Positions 49,730 through 59,859 of a stretch of DNA of 64,000 nt are shown here, piece after piece (the stretch's first letter is position 1; the number at the start of each line of letters is the position of its first letter). Position numbers and translations under genes: made by a program. The notes below the pieces were generated by a model. That model made no database searches. It was given only the letters and a program-made list of their open reading frames with translations, and was not told the DNA's origin. The DNA is from Candidatus Methylomirabilota bacterium (GTDB lineage: Bacteria > Methylomirabilota > Methylomirabilia > Rokubacteriales > CSP1-6): assembly GCA_036002485.1 (NCBI GenBank), contig DASYTI010000051.1, positions 1,304 to 65,303 on the forward strand, written 5' to 3'.

Positions 49730-49860
49730 AGCTGAACGACGGCCTCTGGCCGTCGCGAGGCGAGAGCTGGGTCAATCCCGAAGGCGTGGCAGTTCGAGCT
49801 GAAGGGCGAAGCCCTGAAGCGAGGGCTGAGTTGATCAGCGGCGAGGCGAGGGCTGAGTAA
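49730..49860 (+). repeat. interspersed repeat (module C, 76-mer plus extra GCGAGGCGAGGGCTGAG unit) immediately upstream of the tartrate-DH-like gene
   Basis: Reverse-complement match to 41637-41712; ends GAGGGCTGAGTAAG directly before the ATG at 49862. Confidence 0.85.
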
Positions 49861-49861
49861 G

Positions 49862-50941
49862 ATGCCCTGCTACCGGATCGCGCAGATCGGTGGTGACGGC
49901 ATCGGGCCCGAGGTCGTGCGGGAAGCCGCGCGTGTACTGAAGGCTGGGGAAGACGGCGGTCTGCACTTCTCTTTCGAGGAGGCCGAGGCGGGCGCGGCCC
50001 TCTACCGGCGGACCGGCGAGGATCTGCCGCGCGAGACCATAGAGCTATGCCGGCAGACGGACGCGATTCTCTTCGGCGCCGCGGGACTGCCCGACATTCG
50101 CCACGCCGACGGCACCGAGCTGGTGCCTCAGATCGCCCTCAGGATGAGCCTCGACCTCTACGCGGGCGTGCGGCCGATCAAGCTCTTTCCCGGCGTGCCG
50201 AGCCCGCTCGCCCTGCCCCCGGGGTCGACCATCGACTACGTCATCTTCCGGGAGAACACCGAGGGCCTCTTGGCCTCGCTGGGAGGCGGCTCCAAGGTTG
50301 GAGAGGATCTGGCCGTGGACACGCTCGTCATCACCCGCAAGGGCACCGAGCGCATCGTGCGACGTGCCTTCGAGGCCTGCCAGGAACGCGCGGAGCGGAG
50401 CGGCGGGTCCCCTGGCAAGGTCACCTGTGTGGACAAGGCCAACGTCTTTCGCTCCTATGCCTTCTTCCGCCAGGTCTTCCAGGAGACGGCGCGCGCCTTT
50501 CCCGACGTGCGCACCGACTTCGCCTACATCGACGCCATGGCCATGTACGTCGTGCAGAGGCCATGGCAGTACGACGTCGTCGTGCTCGAGAACATGTTCG
50601 GCGACATCCTCTCGGACCTGGGCGCCGCCACCATCGGCGGCCTCGGCATGGCGCCTTCCGGCGACGTGGGTGATCGCTGGGCGCTCTTTCAGCCCTCGCA
50701 CGGGACGGCGCCCGACATCGCGGGCAAGGGCATCGCGAACCCGACGGCCACCATTCTCTCCGCGGCCATGATGTGCCGCTGGCTCGGGAGCCAGCACAAG
50801 GATCCGCTGGCCACCGCCGCCGCCGAGCGCATCGAGGCGGCGGTGGGCAAGGCGCTCCAGGACCCGAAAGCGCGCACCCCGGACATCGGCGGCTCGGCCA
50901 CGACGCGCGCGGCGAGCGACGCGGTGATCAAGGCCTGCTAG
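49862..50941 (+). CDS. tartrate dehydrogenase/decarboxylase-like member of the isocitrate/isopropylmalate dehydrogenase family
   Basis: 359 aa; IDH/IMDH family motifs (ENMFGDILSD, NTEG). Confidence 0.8.
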   Translation: MPCYRIAQIGGDGIGPEVVREAARVLKAGEDGGLHFSFEEAEAGAALYRRTGEDLPRETIELCRQTDAILFGAAGLPDIRHADGTELVPQIALRMSLDLYAGVRPIKLFPGVPSPLALPPGSTIDYVIFRENTEGLLASLGGGSKVGEDLAVDTLVITRKGTERIVRRAFEACQERAERSGGSPGKVTCVDKANVFRSYAFFRQVFQETARAFPDVRTDFAYIDAMAMYVVQRPWQYDVVVLENMFGDILSDLGAATIGGLGMAPSGDVGDRWALFQPSHGTAPDIAGKGIANPTATILSAAMMCRWLGSQHKDPLATAAAERIEAAVGKALQDPKARTPDIGGSATTRAASDAVIKAC

Positions 50942-50986
50942 GCGCGAAACGCCGCCCGCCCGAGGCGGCGGCCAGGAGGATATGCG

Positions 50987-52786
50987 ATGGATGAGCAGAC
51001 GATTCGTGGCCTCATCGAGGACGTAAGGGCCGGACGGTGGAGCCGCCGGAGCTTCGTCCAGGCCATGGTCGGGCTCGGCCTGACCGCCCCCATGGCCGCG
51101 CAGATCCTGGCCGGAGCCGGCATCGCCCATGCCCAGCCCAAGATCGCCTCCTTTACTCCCACGCGACGGGGCGGCGGCGGTCCGCTGAAGGTGCTCTGGT
51201 GGCAGGCCCCGACGCTCCTCAATCCCCACTTCGCCACCGGGACCAAGGACCTGGACGCCTCCCGTATCTTTTACGAGCCCCTCGCCTCCTTCGACCCCGA
51301 CGGCAACCTCGTACCCATCCTGGCCCTGGAAGCGCCGACGGTTCAGAACGGCGGCGTCTCCAAGGACGGGCTGAGCGTGACATGGAAGCTCAAGCCGGGC
51401 GTGGCCTGGCACGACGGCAGGCCGTTCACGGCCGACGACGTCATCTTCACCTGGGAGTATGCCGCGGATACCGCCACCGCGGCCACGACCATTGGCTCGT
51501 ATGACGGCATCGAGCGCGTCGAGAAGCTCGGCAGCCATGCGATCAAGATCGTCTTCAAGAAGCCCACGCCATACTGGTCTGACGCCTTCTGCGGCTTCCG
51601 GGGCATGATCCTGCCCCGGCATCTCTTCGATGCGTACCGCGGCGCGAAGTCGCGCGAGGCGCCCACCAACCTCAAGCCGGTGGGCACGGGCCCGTACCGC
51701 TTCCTGGACTTCAAGCCCGGCGACATCGTGCGCGGAGAGATCAATCCCGCCTACCACGTGCCGAACCGCCCGTACTTCGACACCATCGAGATGAAGGGAG
51801 GCGGCGACGCGGTCTCGGCCGCCCGCGCGGTGCTCCAGACGGGCGAGTACGACTACGGGTGGAACATGCAAGTCGAAGACGACATCCTCCAGCGGCTCGA
51901 GCAGAGCGGCAAGGGGCGGGTGGAGATCTTCACCACGGGGGGCATCGAGCACATCCAGTGCAACCAGTCCGATCCGTGGCGTGAGGTGGACGGGGAGCGG
52001 TCGAGCGCGAAGACCACTCACCCGTTCCTGTCGGACCTCACCGTGCGGCGCGCCCTCAACCTCCTCGTGGACCGGGCCGCCGTCCAGGAGCAGATCTACG
52101 GCCGGCAGGGCCGGACGACGGCGAACTTCCTCAACGCGCCCTCGCGCGTCTACTCGAAGAGCACGCGCTGGGAGTTCGACGTGGACAAGGCCAATGCCCT
52201 CCTCGAGACCGCCGGCTGGACGCGCGGCGCCGACGGCATCCGCGAGAAGGGTGGTCGCAAGCTTCGGATGGTCTACCAGACCTCCGTCAACGCCCCCCGG
52301 CAGAAGACCCAAGCGATCGTCAAGCAGGCCGCGGCCAAGGTCGGCATCGAGATCGAGATCAAGTCCGTGGTGGCGTCTGTGTTCTTCTCCTCTGACGCCG
52401 CCAACCCGGACACCTACCCGCACTTCTACGCGGATCTGCAGATGTACAACATCGGCCTGCAGGGCACGGATGCCAGAACCCTGATGAACCTGTACGTCTC
52501 CTGGGAGGTGGCGTCGAAGGAGAACAAGTGGCAAGGCCGCAACATCACCCGCTGGCGCAACGAGGAGTACGACCGGCTGTACCGCGCGGCCGACACCGAG
52601 CTCGACCCCGTCAAGCGCGCGGCCCTGTTCGTCCGGATGAACGATCTGGTCATCCAGAACGTTGTGGTGATACCGGTCCTCTGGCGCAACGGCGTCTCGG
52701 CCGCCGCGGTGAAGCTCCAGGGCATGGAGCTCTCCGGATGGGACTCGCAGCTCTGGCGCCTCTCTCACTGGGTCCGTCAGGCCTAG
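50987..52786 (+). CDS. ABC transporter substrate-binding protein, family 5 (peptide/nickel/opine type), Tat signal
   Basis: 599 aa; SRRSFVQAMVGLGLTAPMAAQ twin-arginine signal; SBP_bac_5 similarity. Confidence 0.85.
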   Translation: MDEQTIRGLIEDVRAGRWSRRSFVQAMVGLGLTAPMAAQILAGAGIAHAQPKIASFTPTRRGGGGPLKVLWWQAPTLLNPHFATGTKDLDASRIFYEPLASFDPDGNLVPILALEAPTVQNGGVSKDGLSVTWKLKPGVAWHDGRPFTADDVIFTWEYAADTATAATTIGSYDGIERVEKLGSHAIKIVFKKPTPYWSDAFCGFRGMILPRHLFDAYRGAKSREAPTNLKPVGTGPYRFLDFKPGDIVRGEINPAYHVPNRPYFDTIEMKGGGDAVSAARAVLQTGEYDYGWNMQVEDDILQRLEQSGKGRVEIFTTGGIEHIQCNQSDPWREVDGERSSAKTTHPFLSDLTVRRALNLLVDRAAVQEQIYGRQGRTTANFLNAPSRVYSKSTRWEFDVDKANALLETAGWTRGADGIREKGGRKLRMVYQTSVNAPRQKTQAIVKQAAAKVGIEIEIKSVVASVFFSSDAANPDTYPHFYADLQMYNIGLQGTDARTLMNLYVSWEVASKENKWQGRNITRWRNEEYDRLYRAADTELDPVKRAALFVRMNDLVIQNVVVIPVLWRNGVSAAAVKLQGMELSGWDSQLWRLSHWVRQA

Positions 52787-52906
52787 AGAATCTTGACACT
52801 TGCGTGACACCAGATTATAAAGGCGCCACCATTCGGTCACCGCTGACCTGCCCGAGCGAAACATCATGCCGCGGGGCCTTCCCCGCGGACATCACGGAGG
52901 CTTCCC

Positions 52907-54697
52907 ATGGACGAGCGTGAGCTACGAGAGCTGATCACCGATGTCAAGGCGGGCCGCCTGAGCCGCCGCGGGTTCGTCCGGACGATGATCGGGCTGGGCC
53001 TCACGGCCCCCCTGGCCGCCCAGATGCTGGCCTCGGCCGGGGTGGCCCAGGCCCAGAGCAAGCTCACCTACAAGGCTACCAAGCGCGGCGGCGGGGGCGC
53101 GCTCAAGGTGCTGTGGTGGCAGGGCGCGACCCTCCTGAATCCGCATTTCGCGGTGGGCACCAAGGACCAGGACGGCTCGCGCATCTTCTACGAGCCCCTG
53201 GCCTCCTGGGATCCCGACGGCAATCTCGTGCCGATCCTCGCCGCCGAGATCCCGAGCGTGCAGAACGGGGGCGTGGCCAAGGACGGCAAGTCGGTGACGT
53301 GGAAGCTCAAGAAGGGCGTGCAGTGGCATGACGGCAAGCCCTTCACCGCCGACGACGTGGTCTTCAACTGGGAGTACGCGGCCGATCCTGCCACGGCCTC
53401 CGTGACGATCGGAACCTACAAGGACGTCAAGGCCCAGAAGATCGACAGCCACACGGTCAAGGTGACGTTCGAGAAGCCGACCCCGTTCTGGGCCGACGCC
53501 TTCGTCGGCGTTCGCGGCATGATCCTCCCCAAGCACCTCTTCGAGGCCTACAAGGGCGGCAAATCCCGGGAGGCGCCCTCAAACCTCAAGCCGATCGGGA
53601 CCGGGCCGTATCGCTTCGTGGAGTTCAAGCCCAGCGACATGGTCAAGGGCGAGCTCAATCCGGGATATCACATGGCCAACCGCCCCTTCTTCGACACCAT
53701 CGAGATGAAAGGCGGCGGCGACGCGGTATCGGCGGCCCGGGCCGTCATCCAGACGGGAGAGTTCGACTACGCGTGGAACATGCAGGTCGAGGACGACATC
53801 CTCCGGCGCATGGAGCAGGGCGGCAAGGGCCGGGCCGACATCGTGGCCGGGGGCAATATTGAGCACATCCAGCTCAACAACACCGATCCGTGGACGGAGT
53901 TGGGCGGCGAGCGCTCCAGCATCAAGACCAAGCACCCCTACCTCACCGACCCAGCGGTGCGACAGGCGCTGAACCTCCTCGTCGACCGCAGCGCCGTCCA
54001 GGAGCAGATCTACGGCCGCACCGGCATCTCCACCGCGAACTTCCTCAACCAGCCCGCTCGCTTCGCCTCGAAGAGCACGAAGTGGGAGTTCAACGTCGAG
54101 AAGGCCGCCCAGATCCTCGAGGCCGCGGGCTGGAAGAAGGGCTCCGACGGGATCCGGGCCAAGGACGGCAAGAAGCTCAAGGCCGTGTACCAGACCTCGA
54201 TCAATGCCCCGCGGCAGAAGACCCAAGCGATCGTGAAGCAGGCGGCGACCAGGGCCGGTATCGACCTGGAGCTCAAGTCCGTGACGGCCTCCGTGTACTT
54301 CTCCTCGGACGTGGCCAACCCGGACACCTACACGCACTTCTACACCGACATCCAGATGTACACGACCACCATGACCCAGCCGGATCCCGAGCTGTTCATG
54401 AACCAGTTCACCTCGTGGGAGGTCGCCTCCAAGGAGAACAAGTGGCAGGGCCGTAACATCACCCGCTGGCGCAACGAGGAGTACGACAAGCTCTACCGCA
54501 GCGCGGAGACGGAGCTCGACCCGGTCAAGCGGGCGGCCCTCTTCATCAGGATGAACGAGCTGGTCATCCAGAACGTCGTGGTCATCCCCGTGGTCTTCCG
54601 CCCGCGGGTGGCCGCCATCGCCAACACCATGCGCGTCGAGCAGAGCGGCTGGGACTCCGACTTCTGGAACCTTCACAACTGGTACCGCGAGGCCTAG
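52907..54697 (+). CDS. ABC transporter substrate-binding protein, family 5, Tat signal (tandem paralog)
   Basis: 596 aa; roughly 70% identical to the preceding SBP. Confidence 0.85.
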   Translation: MDERELRELITDVKAGRLSRRGFVRTMIGLGLTAPLAAQMLASAGVAQAQSKLTYKATKRGGGGALKVLWWQGATLLNPHFAVGTKDQDGSRIFYEPLASWDPDGNLVPILAAEIPSVQNGGVAKDGKSVTWKLKKGVQWHDGKPFTADDVVFNWEYAADPATASVTIGTYKDVKAQKIDSHTVKVTFEKPTPFWADAFVGVRGMILPKHLFEAYKGGKSREAPSNLKPIGTGPYRFVEFKPSDMVKGELNPGYHMANRPFFDTIEMKGGGDAVSAARAVIQTGEFDYAWNMQVEDDILRRMEQGGKGRADIVAGGNIEHIQLNNTDPWTELGGERSSIKTKHPYLTDPAVRQALNLLVDRSAVQEQIYGRTGISTANFLNQPARFASKSTKWEFNVEKAAQILEAAGWKKGSDGIRAKDGKKLKAVYQTSINAPRQKTQAIVKQAATRAGIDLELKSVTASVYFSSDVANPDTYTHFYTDIQMYTTTMTQPDPELFMNQFTSWEVASKENKWQGRNITRWRNEEYDKLYRSAETELDPVKRAALFIRMNELVIQNVVVIPVVFRPRVAAIANTMRVEQSGWDSDFWNLHNWYREA

Positions 54698-54755
54698 ACA
54701 GGCATGGGGGGACCGGGGCCGCGAGCCCGGTCCCCCACCCCCGTCGCCACGACCG

Positions 54756-55715
54756 ATGTCCAAGTACCTGCTGCGGCGTATCCTGATCTCGATTCTCGCG
54801 CTCCTCGGCATCAGCCTGGTCCTCTTCACCGTGCTGGCCCTGGCCCCGGGGGATCCGTTCGAGGAGCTCGCGACCAATCCCAACGTGCCCGCCGAGGTGC
54901 GCGCCAACCTCCGCACCCAGTTTGGCCTCGACGACCCCGTCGCCGTGCGCTACGTCCGCTGGGTCAAGTCCATGCTCAAGGGCGACTGGGGCTTTTCCTT
55001 CGTGAGCCGGGTCAATGTCTCCACCCTCATCATGCAGCGACTGCCCACCACGCTCTTCGTGCTGGGGACGGCGCAGCTTCTGGCCCTCCTCGTGGCGCTG
55101 CCCGTCGGTGTCCTTTCCGCCGTGCGCCCCTACTCCTTGTTCGACCAGATCGCCACGACCTTCGCCTTCATCGGCTTCTCGCTGCCCACGTTCTTCACCG
55201 GCCTCCTCTTCATCCTCTTCTTCAGCATTTACCTCAACTGGCTGCCCTTCATCTATCGCGCGGACATCAGCGCCACGGGCTGGCGATGGGCCTGGGAAAT
55301 GGCGCGCCAGGCCATCATGCCCATCGCCGTCCTCGGGCTCTTCCAGGGCGCCGCCATGACGCGCTACGTGCGCTCGGCCGTGCTCGACGTGATCCGCCTC
55401 GACTACGTCAACACCGCGCGCTCCAAGGGGCTGTCCGAGGGTGTGACCATCGTCAAGCACGTGGTCCGGAACGCCCTCATCCCGGTGGTGACCCTGGTGG
55501 CCCTCCAGATCCCCGGCATCTTCACGGGCGCCGTCATCACCGAGCAGATCTTCCGCGTGCCCGGCATCGGCTCGCTGCTCATCAGCGCCATCCTCTCCAA
55601 CGACACGCCGGTGATCATGGCCATCACCTTCGTGTTTTCGGCGCTCGTCGTCCTCTTCAACCTGATCGCGGACCTGGTCTACGGCTGGCTGGATCCGCGG
55701 ATCTCGATCCGCTAA
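54756..55715 (+). CDS. ABC transporter permease (DppB/OppB type)
   Basis: 319 aa; 6 TM helices; conserved EAA-like loop. Confidence 0.85.
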   Translation: MSKYLLRRILISILALLGISLVLFTVLALAPGDPFEELATNPNVPAEVRANLRTQFGLDDPVAVRYVRWVKSMLKGDWGFSFVSRVNVSTLIMQRLPTTLFVLGTAQLLALLVALPVGVLSAVRPYSLFDQIATTFAFIGFSLPTFFTGLLFILFFSIYLNWLPFIYRADISATGWRWAWEMARQAIMPIAVLGLFQGAAMTRYVRSAVLDVIRLDYVNTARSKGLSEGVTIVKHVVRNALIPVVTLVALQIPGIFTGAVITEQIFRVPGIGSLLISAILSNDTPVIMAITFVFSALVVLFNLIADLVYGWLDPRISIR

Positions 55716-55720
55716 CCACC

Positions 55721-56659
55721 ATGGCGAACGGGACGGCGTCGCCCGCGGTTCTGACCAGAGCGCAGGTCGTGGGCAGGCGCCCGGCCGAGTCGCTCACCGC
55801 CGAGGCGTGGCGGCGGTTCCGCCGGCATCGCCTCGCGAGCTTCGGGGCCGTCATGCTCGGGATCATGGTCCTCGCCGTGCTGCTCGGGCCGGTGATCTAC
55901 CGGGTGCCCATCAACGAGATCGACTTCAAGGCCAAGCTCAAGACGCCCTCGTGGGCGCACCCCATGGGCACGGACGACCTGGGACAGGACGTGCTGGCGC
56001 GCATGCTCTATGGCGGACGGATCTCGCTCGCCGTCGGCGTGGCGGCCATGCTGATCGCCATCACCGTCGGCACCGCGGTGGGCGCCGTGTCGGGTCAGGC
56101 GGGTGGCGTGGTCGACCATGGGCTCATGCGCGTCACGGACCTCTTCCTGGCCCTGCCCCAGCTCCCGCTCCTGCTCCTCATCATCTACCTCTTCCGCGAC
56201 GCCTTGAAGAAGGTCCTGGGTCCCGAGGCGGGGATCTTCGTCATGGTCGTGGTCGTCATCGGGGGATTGCGCTGGATGCCGGTGGCGCGCCTCGTCCGCG
56301 CTCAGTTCCTCTCCCTGCGCGAGAAGGAGTTCGTGGAGGCGGCCCGGAGCCTGGGGGCCCCGCCGCTCCGCCAGGTCATCCGCCACATCCTGCCCAACGC
56401 CCTCGGTCCCGTCATCGTGGCGGGCTCGCTCGACGTGGCCGCGGCCATTCTGTTTGAGTCCACCCTGTCCTTCCTGGGCCTGGGCTTCCCGCCGGACATT
56501 CCGACCTGGGGCCGCATCCTCTTCGACGCCAAGGACAATCTCGACTTCGCCCCGCACTGGGCGATCTTCCCGGGCACGGCGATCTTCCTCACCGTGCTCA
56601 GCATCAACTACCTGGGCGACGGCCTCCGCGACGCCCTCGATCCCCGAAAAGTTCTCTAG
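55721..56659 (+). CDS. ABC transporter permease (DppC/OppC type)
   Basis: 312 aa from ATG 55721; the listed 651-aa ORF is a same-frame upstream read-through. Confidence 0.8.
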   Translation: MANGTASPAVLTRAQVVGRRPAESLTAEAWRRFRRHRLASFGAVMLGIMVLAVLLGPVIYRVPINEIDFKAKLKTPSWAHPMGTDDLGQDVLARMLYGGRISLAVGVAAMLIAITVGTAVGAVSGQAGGVVDHGLMRVTDLFLALPQLPLLLLIIYLFRDALKKVLGPEAGIFVMVVVVIGGLRWMPVARLVRAQFLSLREKEFVEAARSLGAPPLRQVIRHILPNALGPVIVAGSLDVAAAILFESTLSFLGLGFPPDIPTWGRILFDAKDNLDFAPHWAIFPGTAIFLTVLSINYLGDGLRDALDPRKVL

Positions 56660-56681
56660 CCCTCACCGACGAGGAGTGGCC

Positions 56682-58124
56682 GTGCCCGACCGCGATCTCT
56701 GCTTCGCGCCTGTCACGGAGCTTCGGCGCCTTTACCGGGCCGGCAAGACCTCGCCCCTCGAGGTGATGCAGGCCGTGCTCGCGCGCGTCGATGCCGTCAA
56801 CCCGCGGCTCAACGCCATCGTGACGCTGACGCGAGAGTCCGCCCTCCGGGAGGCCAAGGCCGCCACGGCCGCCCTCAAGAAGAAGGGCCGCGCCCTTGGT
56901 GCGCTTCACGGCGTGCCGGTGACCATCAAGGACCTGACGCAGACCAAGGGCGTGCGCACAACCTGGGGCTCCAAGGTCTTCGAGCACCACGTGCCCACGG
57001 AGGACTCGCTCATCGTCGAGCGGCTCAAGTCGGCGGGGGCCATCGTCATCGGCAAGACCAATACGCCCGAGTTCGGCGCGGGCGGCAACACGTTCAATAC
57101 GATCTTCGGCCCCACGCGAAACCCGTGGAATCCCGCCCTGACTTGCGGCGGCTCGAGCGGGGGCGCGGCCGTGGCCCTGGCCACCGGCATGGGGCCCATC
57201 GCCCAGGGCTCGGATACGGGCGGGTCACTACGAACGCCGGCCGCCTTCTGCGGCGTCGTCGGCTTCAGGACGACCCCGGGGTTGGTGCCTTACTATCCGA
57301 AGCTCCTCGGCTGGGACTCGATCGGCGTCACGGGACCCATGGCGCGGACCGTCGCCGACACCGCGCTCATGCTCTCCGTGGTGGCGGGGCCCGATGACCG
57401 CGCCCCGCTCTCCTATGACGTGGACACGGCCGCCTTCACCCGCGCGGTGCGATCGCCCTCGATCAAGGGCTGGCGCGTGGCGTGGACGCCTGATCTGAAC
57501 GGCCTCATCCCCGTGGACGGCGAGGTCGCCCGCGTGGCGGAGACGGCGACGCGCGTCTTCCGCTCGCTGGGCGCCAAGGTCGAGTCGGCCTGCTGCGATT
57601 TCCGCGAGGTCAACGACATCGTGCTGGGCACGCGCGGGCTGTCCATGGTGGCCAACCACGCCGACAAGCTCGCGCAGTGGAAAGAGCAGATGCAGAAGGG
57701 ACTGGTCTGGAACATCGAGCAGGGTCTCAAGCTCTCCCCGGAGGAGATCGGGCGGGCCGAGGCGCTGCGCACCTCGCTCTGGCAGCGCGTACGGACCTTC
57801 ATGGAGACGCGGGAGCTGCTCATCCTGCCCACGGTGGCCGTGCCGCCCTTCCCCGTCGAGCTGCCCTACCCGACGCAGATCAACGGCAAGCCGCTCGACA
57901 ACTACACGCAGTGGTTCTTTCTCACCTATGGCATCACGGTGACCGGACTTCCCGTCATCTCCGTTCCCTGCGGCTTCACCGCGAGCGGGCTGCCCGTGGG
58001 ACTGCAGATCGTGGGGCGGCGGCGACAGGAGACCATGGTGCTGCGGGCCGCCGCGGCCTTCGAGGCGGCCGCGCCGTGGGCGGACAAGATCCCTCCCGTC
58101 GTGACGGAGCGTGAGCGTCGATAA
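56682..58124 (+). CDS. amidase-signature family amidase
   Basis: 480 aa from GTG 56682 after GAGGAG; GGSSGGAAVALA...GSDTGGS amidase signature. Confidence 0.85.
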   Translation: MPDRDLCFAPVTELRRLYRAGKTSPLEVMQAVLARVDAVNPRLNAIVTLTRESALREAKAATAALKKKGRALGALHGVPVTIKDLTQTKGVRTTWGSKVFEHHVPTEDSLIVERLKSAGAIVIGKTNTPEFGAGGNTFNTIFGPTRNPWNPALTCGGSSGGAAVALATGMGPIAQGSDTGGSLRTPAAFCGVVGFRTTPGLVPYYPKLLGWDSIGVTGPMARTVADTALMLSVVAGPDDRAPLSYDVDTAAFTRAVRSPSIKGWRVAWTPDLNGLIPVDGEVARVAETATRVFRSLGAKVESACCDFREVNDIVLGTRGLSMVANHADKLAQWKEQMQKGLVWNIEQGLKLSPEEIGRAEALRTSLWQRVRTFMETRELLILPTVAVPPFPVELPYPTQINGKPLDNYTQWFFLTYGITVTGLPVISVPCGFTASGLPVGLQIVGRRRQETMVLRAAAAFEAAAPWADKIPPVVTERERR

Positions 58125-58157
58125 CATAAGGCCCCCACCGAGGTTGGGCTAGTCGGC

Positions 58158-58181
58158 CACGTCGGCTCCGACGTGTTCTTT
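58158..58181 (+). terminator. intrinsic terminator after the amidase gene
   Basis: CACGTCG-GCTC-CGACGTG hairpin followed by TTCTTT. Confidence 0.55.
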
Positions 58182-58189
58182 GGTGGACA

Positions 58190-58804
58190 TTGACCGGTGG
58201 GGATGGCGTGACTAGCATGGATTCGATGACGACGTATCCCGTCCGAAACCGACACTGGACCCGGAGCGAGTATGACCAGCTGATCAGAATCGGTTTCTTC
58301 TTCGGCGACGAGCCCATCGAGCTGCTGGGCGGTCAGCTCATCGTCGCCGAGCCGAAGGGTAGCCAACACCAGACGGCCATCGGCCTCACCGCCGAGGCGT
58401 TGCGCCTCGCCTTCGGTCTGGGCTGGATCGTGCGTGTACAGGGCCCCGTGGCGCTGGACGACGAGTCCGAGCCAGAGCCCGACATCGCGGTCGTCCCCGG
58501 GGGACATCGCGACTATCTCGCCGAGCACCCGGCGCGGCCGGCCCTGCTCATCGAGGTGGCCGAGTCGAGCCTGGCCTTCGACCGGCGTCACAAGGGCAGC
58601 CTCTACGCCCGCGCGGGTGTGGCGGACTACTGGATCGTGAACCTCGTGGACGAGGCCCTCGAGGTCTATCGCCAGCCCGCGGTCGATCGGTCCGCGGAGT
58701 TCGGCTGGCGCTACCTCGACGTCCAGATCTTCCGCGTGGCCGCCACCGTCTCGCCGCTCTCCCGGCCCGACGTCACCGTGGCCGTGGCCGACCTGCTGCC
58801 GTAG
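58190..58804 (+). CDS. Uma2-family (DUF820) putative endonuclease
   Basis: 204 aa; PDIAVV...E...AD.YW Uma2 motifs; start uncertain. Confidence 0.65.
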   Translation: MTGGDGVTSMDSMTTYPVRNRHWTRSEYDQLIRIGFFFGDEPIELLGGQLIVAEPKGSQHQTAIGLTAEALRLAFGLGWIVRVQGPVALDDESEPEPDIAVVPGGHRDYLAEHPARPALLIEVAESSLAFDRRHKGSLYARAGVADYWIVNLVDEALEVYRQPAVDRSAEFGWRYLDVQIFRVAATVSPLSRPDVTVAVADLLP

Positions 58805-59019
58805 CGCCTCGCCGGCTCCGCTACTTTGCCCGCTTGAAGGTCACCTCGCGAGTTAGGCGCTGGGGTCAGGTCTCACAATGCGACATCGCGGTCAAAGCGG
58901 AGAGATCCTCGAGGCCGGTGTAACATCCATGCGGTCATGCCGTCTTCCGCGGGGTGACGGTCAACCGCGGGGTGTCGGAGTCGAGCAGGCTTCACCCACA
59001 CAGTCTGGGAGGTCAGGCC

Positions 59020-59838
59020 ATGGACCTGGGGCTCCAAGGAAAACACGCGATCGTGACCGGGGGCAGCCTGGGCATCGGGAAAGCCATTGCCCGGGAGCTG
59101 GCCCGCGAAGGCGTGGACGTCGCGATCGTGGCGCGCAGCAAGGAGCCGCTCGAAGCGACGGCGCGAGAGCTGTCCGCCGAGACCGGGCGGCGCATCATCC
59201 CGCTGGTGGCCGACGTCACCAGCAAGGAGCAGGTGGACGGGATGGTGGCCCAGGCGGCCGCCCAGCTGGGCGGGTTGCACATCCTGGTGAACAGCGGATC
59301 TCCCCCGGGGGGCTCGGCCACCGCCACCGGCCCCATCGAAACGGTGGTCGACGAGGATCTGCTGCACGACTTCAATGTGAAGTACGTGGGGGCGCTGCGC
59401 TGCGCCCGCGCCGCCATCCCCCACCTGAAGGAGCAGGGGTGGGGCCGCATCATCAACATCAGCGGGACCAATGCCCGCAACGCCGGGAACCTCAGCGGCG
59501 GGGCCCGCAACACCTCCCTCGTACACTTCACCAAGACCCTGGCCGTGCAGCTGGGGCGCTTCGGGATCACGGTCAACTGCATCCACCCTGGCACGACGCG
59601 CACGGAGCGCACCCCGCGCCTGTTGGCGGCCCGGGCCGCCGAGCTGCGCATCGCCCCCGAGGAAGTCGAGCAACGCGATTTCGCCCACGATTCCCCACGG
59701 GGCAACGCCATCGGCCGCATGGTGGACGCGGCGGAGATCGCCTACGTCACGGCCTTCCTGGCCTCGGACAAGGCGTGGGCAGTTACCGGTGAGCTGGTCG
59801 TGGCGACGGGTGGGGCCGGCCGAGCCGTATATTATTGA
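59020..59838 (+). CDS. SDR-family NAD(P)-dependent oxidoreductase
   Basis: 272 aa from ATG 59020 after GGGAGG; TGGSLGIG Rossmann and SDR catalytic region. Confidence 0.85.
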   Translation: MDLGLQGKHAIVTGGSLGIGKAIARELAREGVDVAIVARSKEPLEATARELSAETGRRIIPLVADVTSKEQVDGMVAQAAAQLGGLHILVNSGSPPGGSATATGPIETVVDEDLLHDFNVKYVGALRCARAAIPHLKEQGWGRIINISGTNARNAGNLSGGARNTSLVHFTKTLAVQLGRFGITVNCIHPGTTRTERTPRLLAARAAELRIAPEEVEQRDFAHDSPRGNAIGRMVDAAEIAYVTAFLASDKAWAVTGELVVATGGAGRAVYY

Positions 59839-59859
59839 GGACGCGCGAACGGTACCGAC

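Noticed and set aside
54704-56659. 651-aa plus-strand ORF appearing to span both ABC permeases
   Set aside because: It is in a different frame from permease 1. Its N-terminal 340 aa are a stop-free read-through, and permease 2 really begins at ATG 55721, just after the permease 1 TAA.
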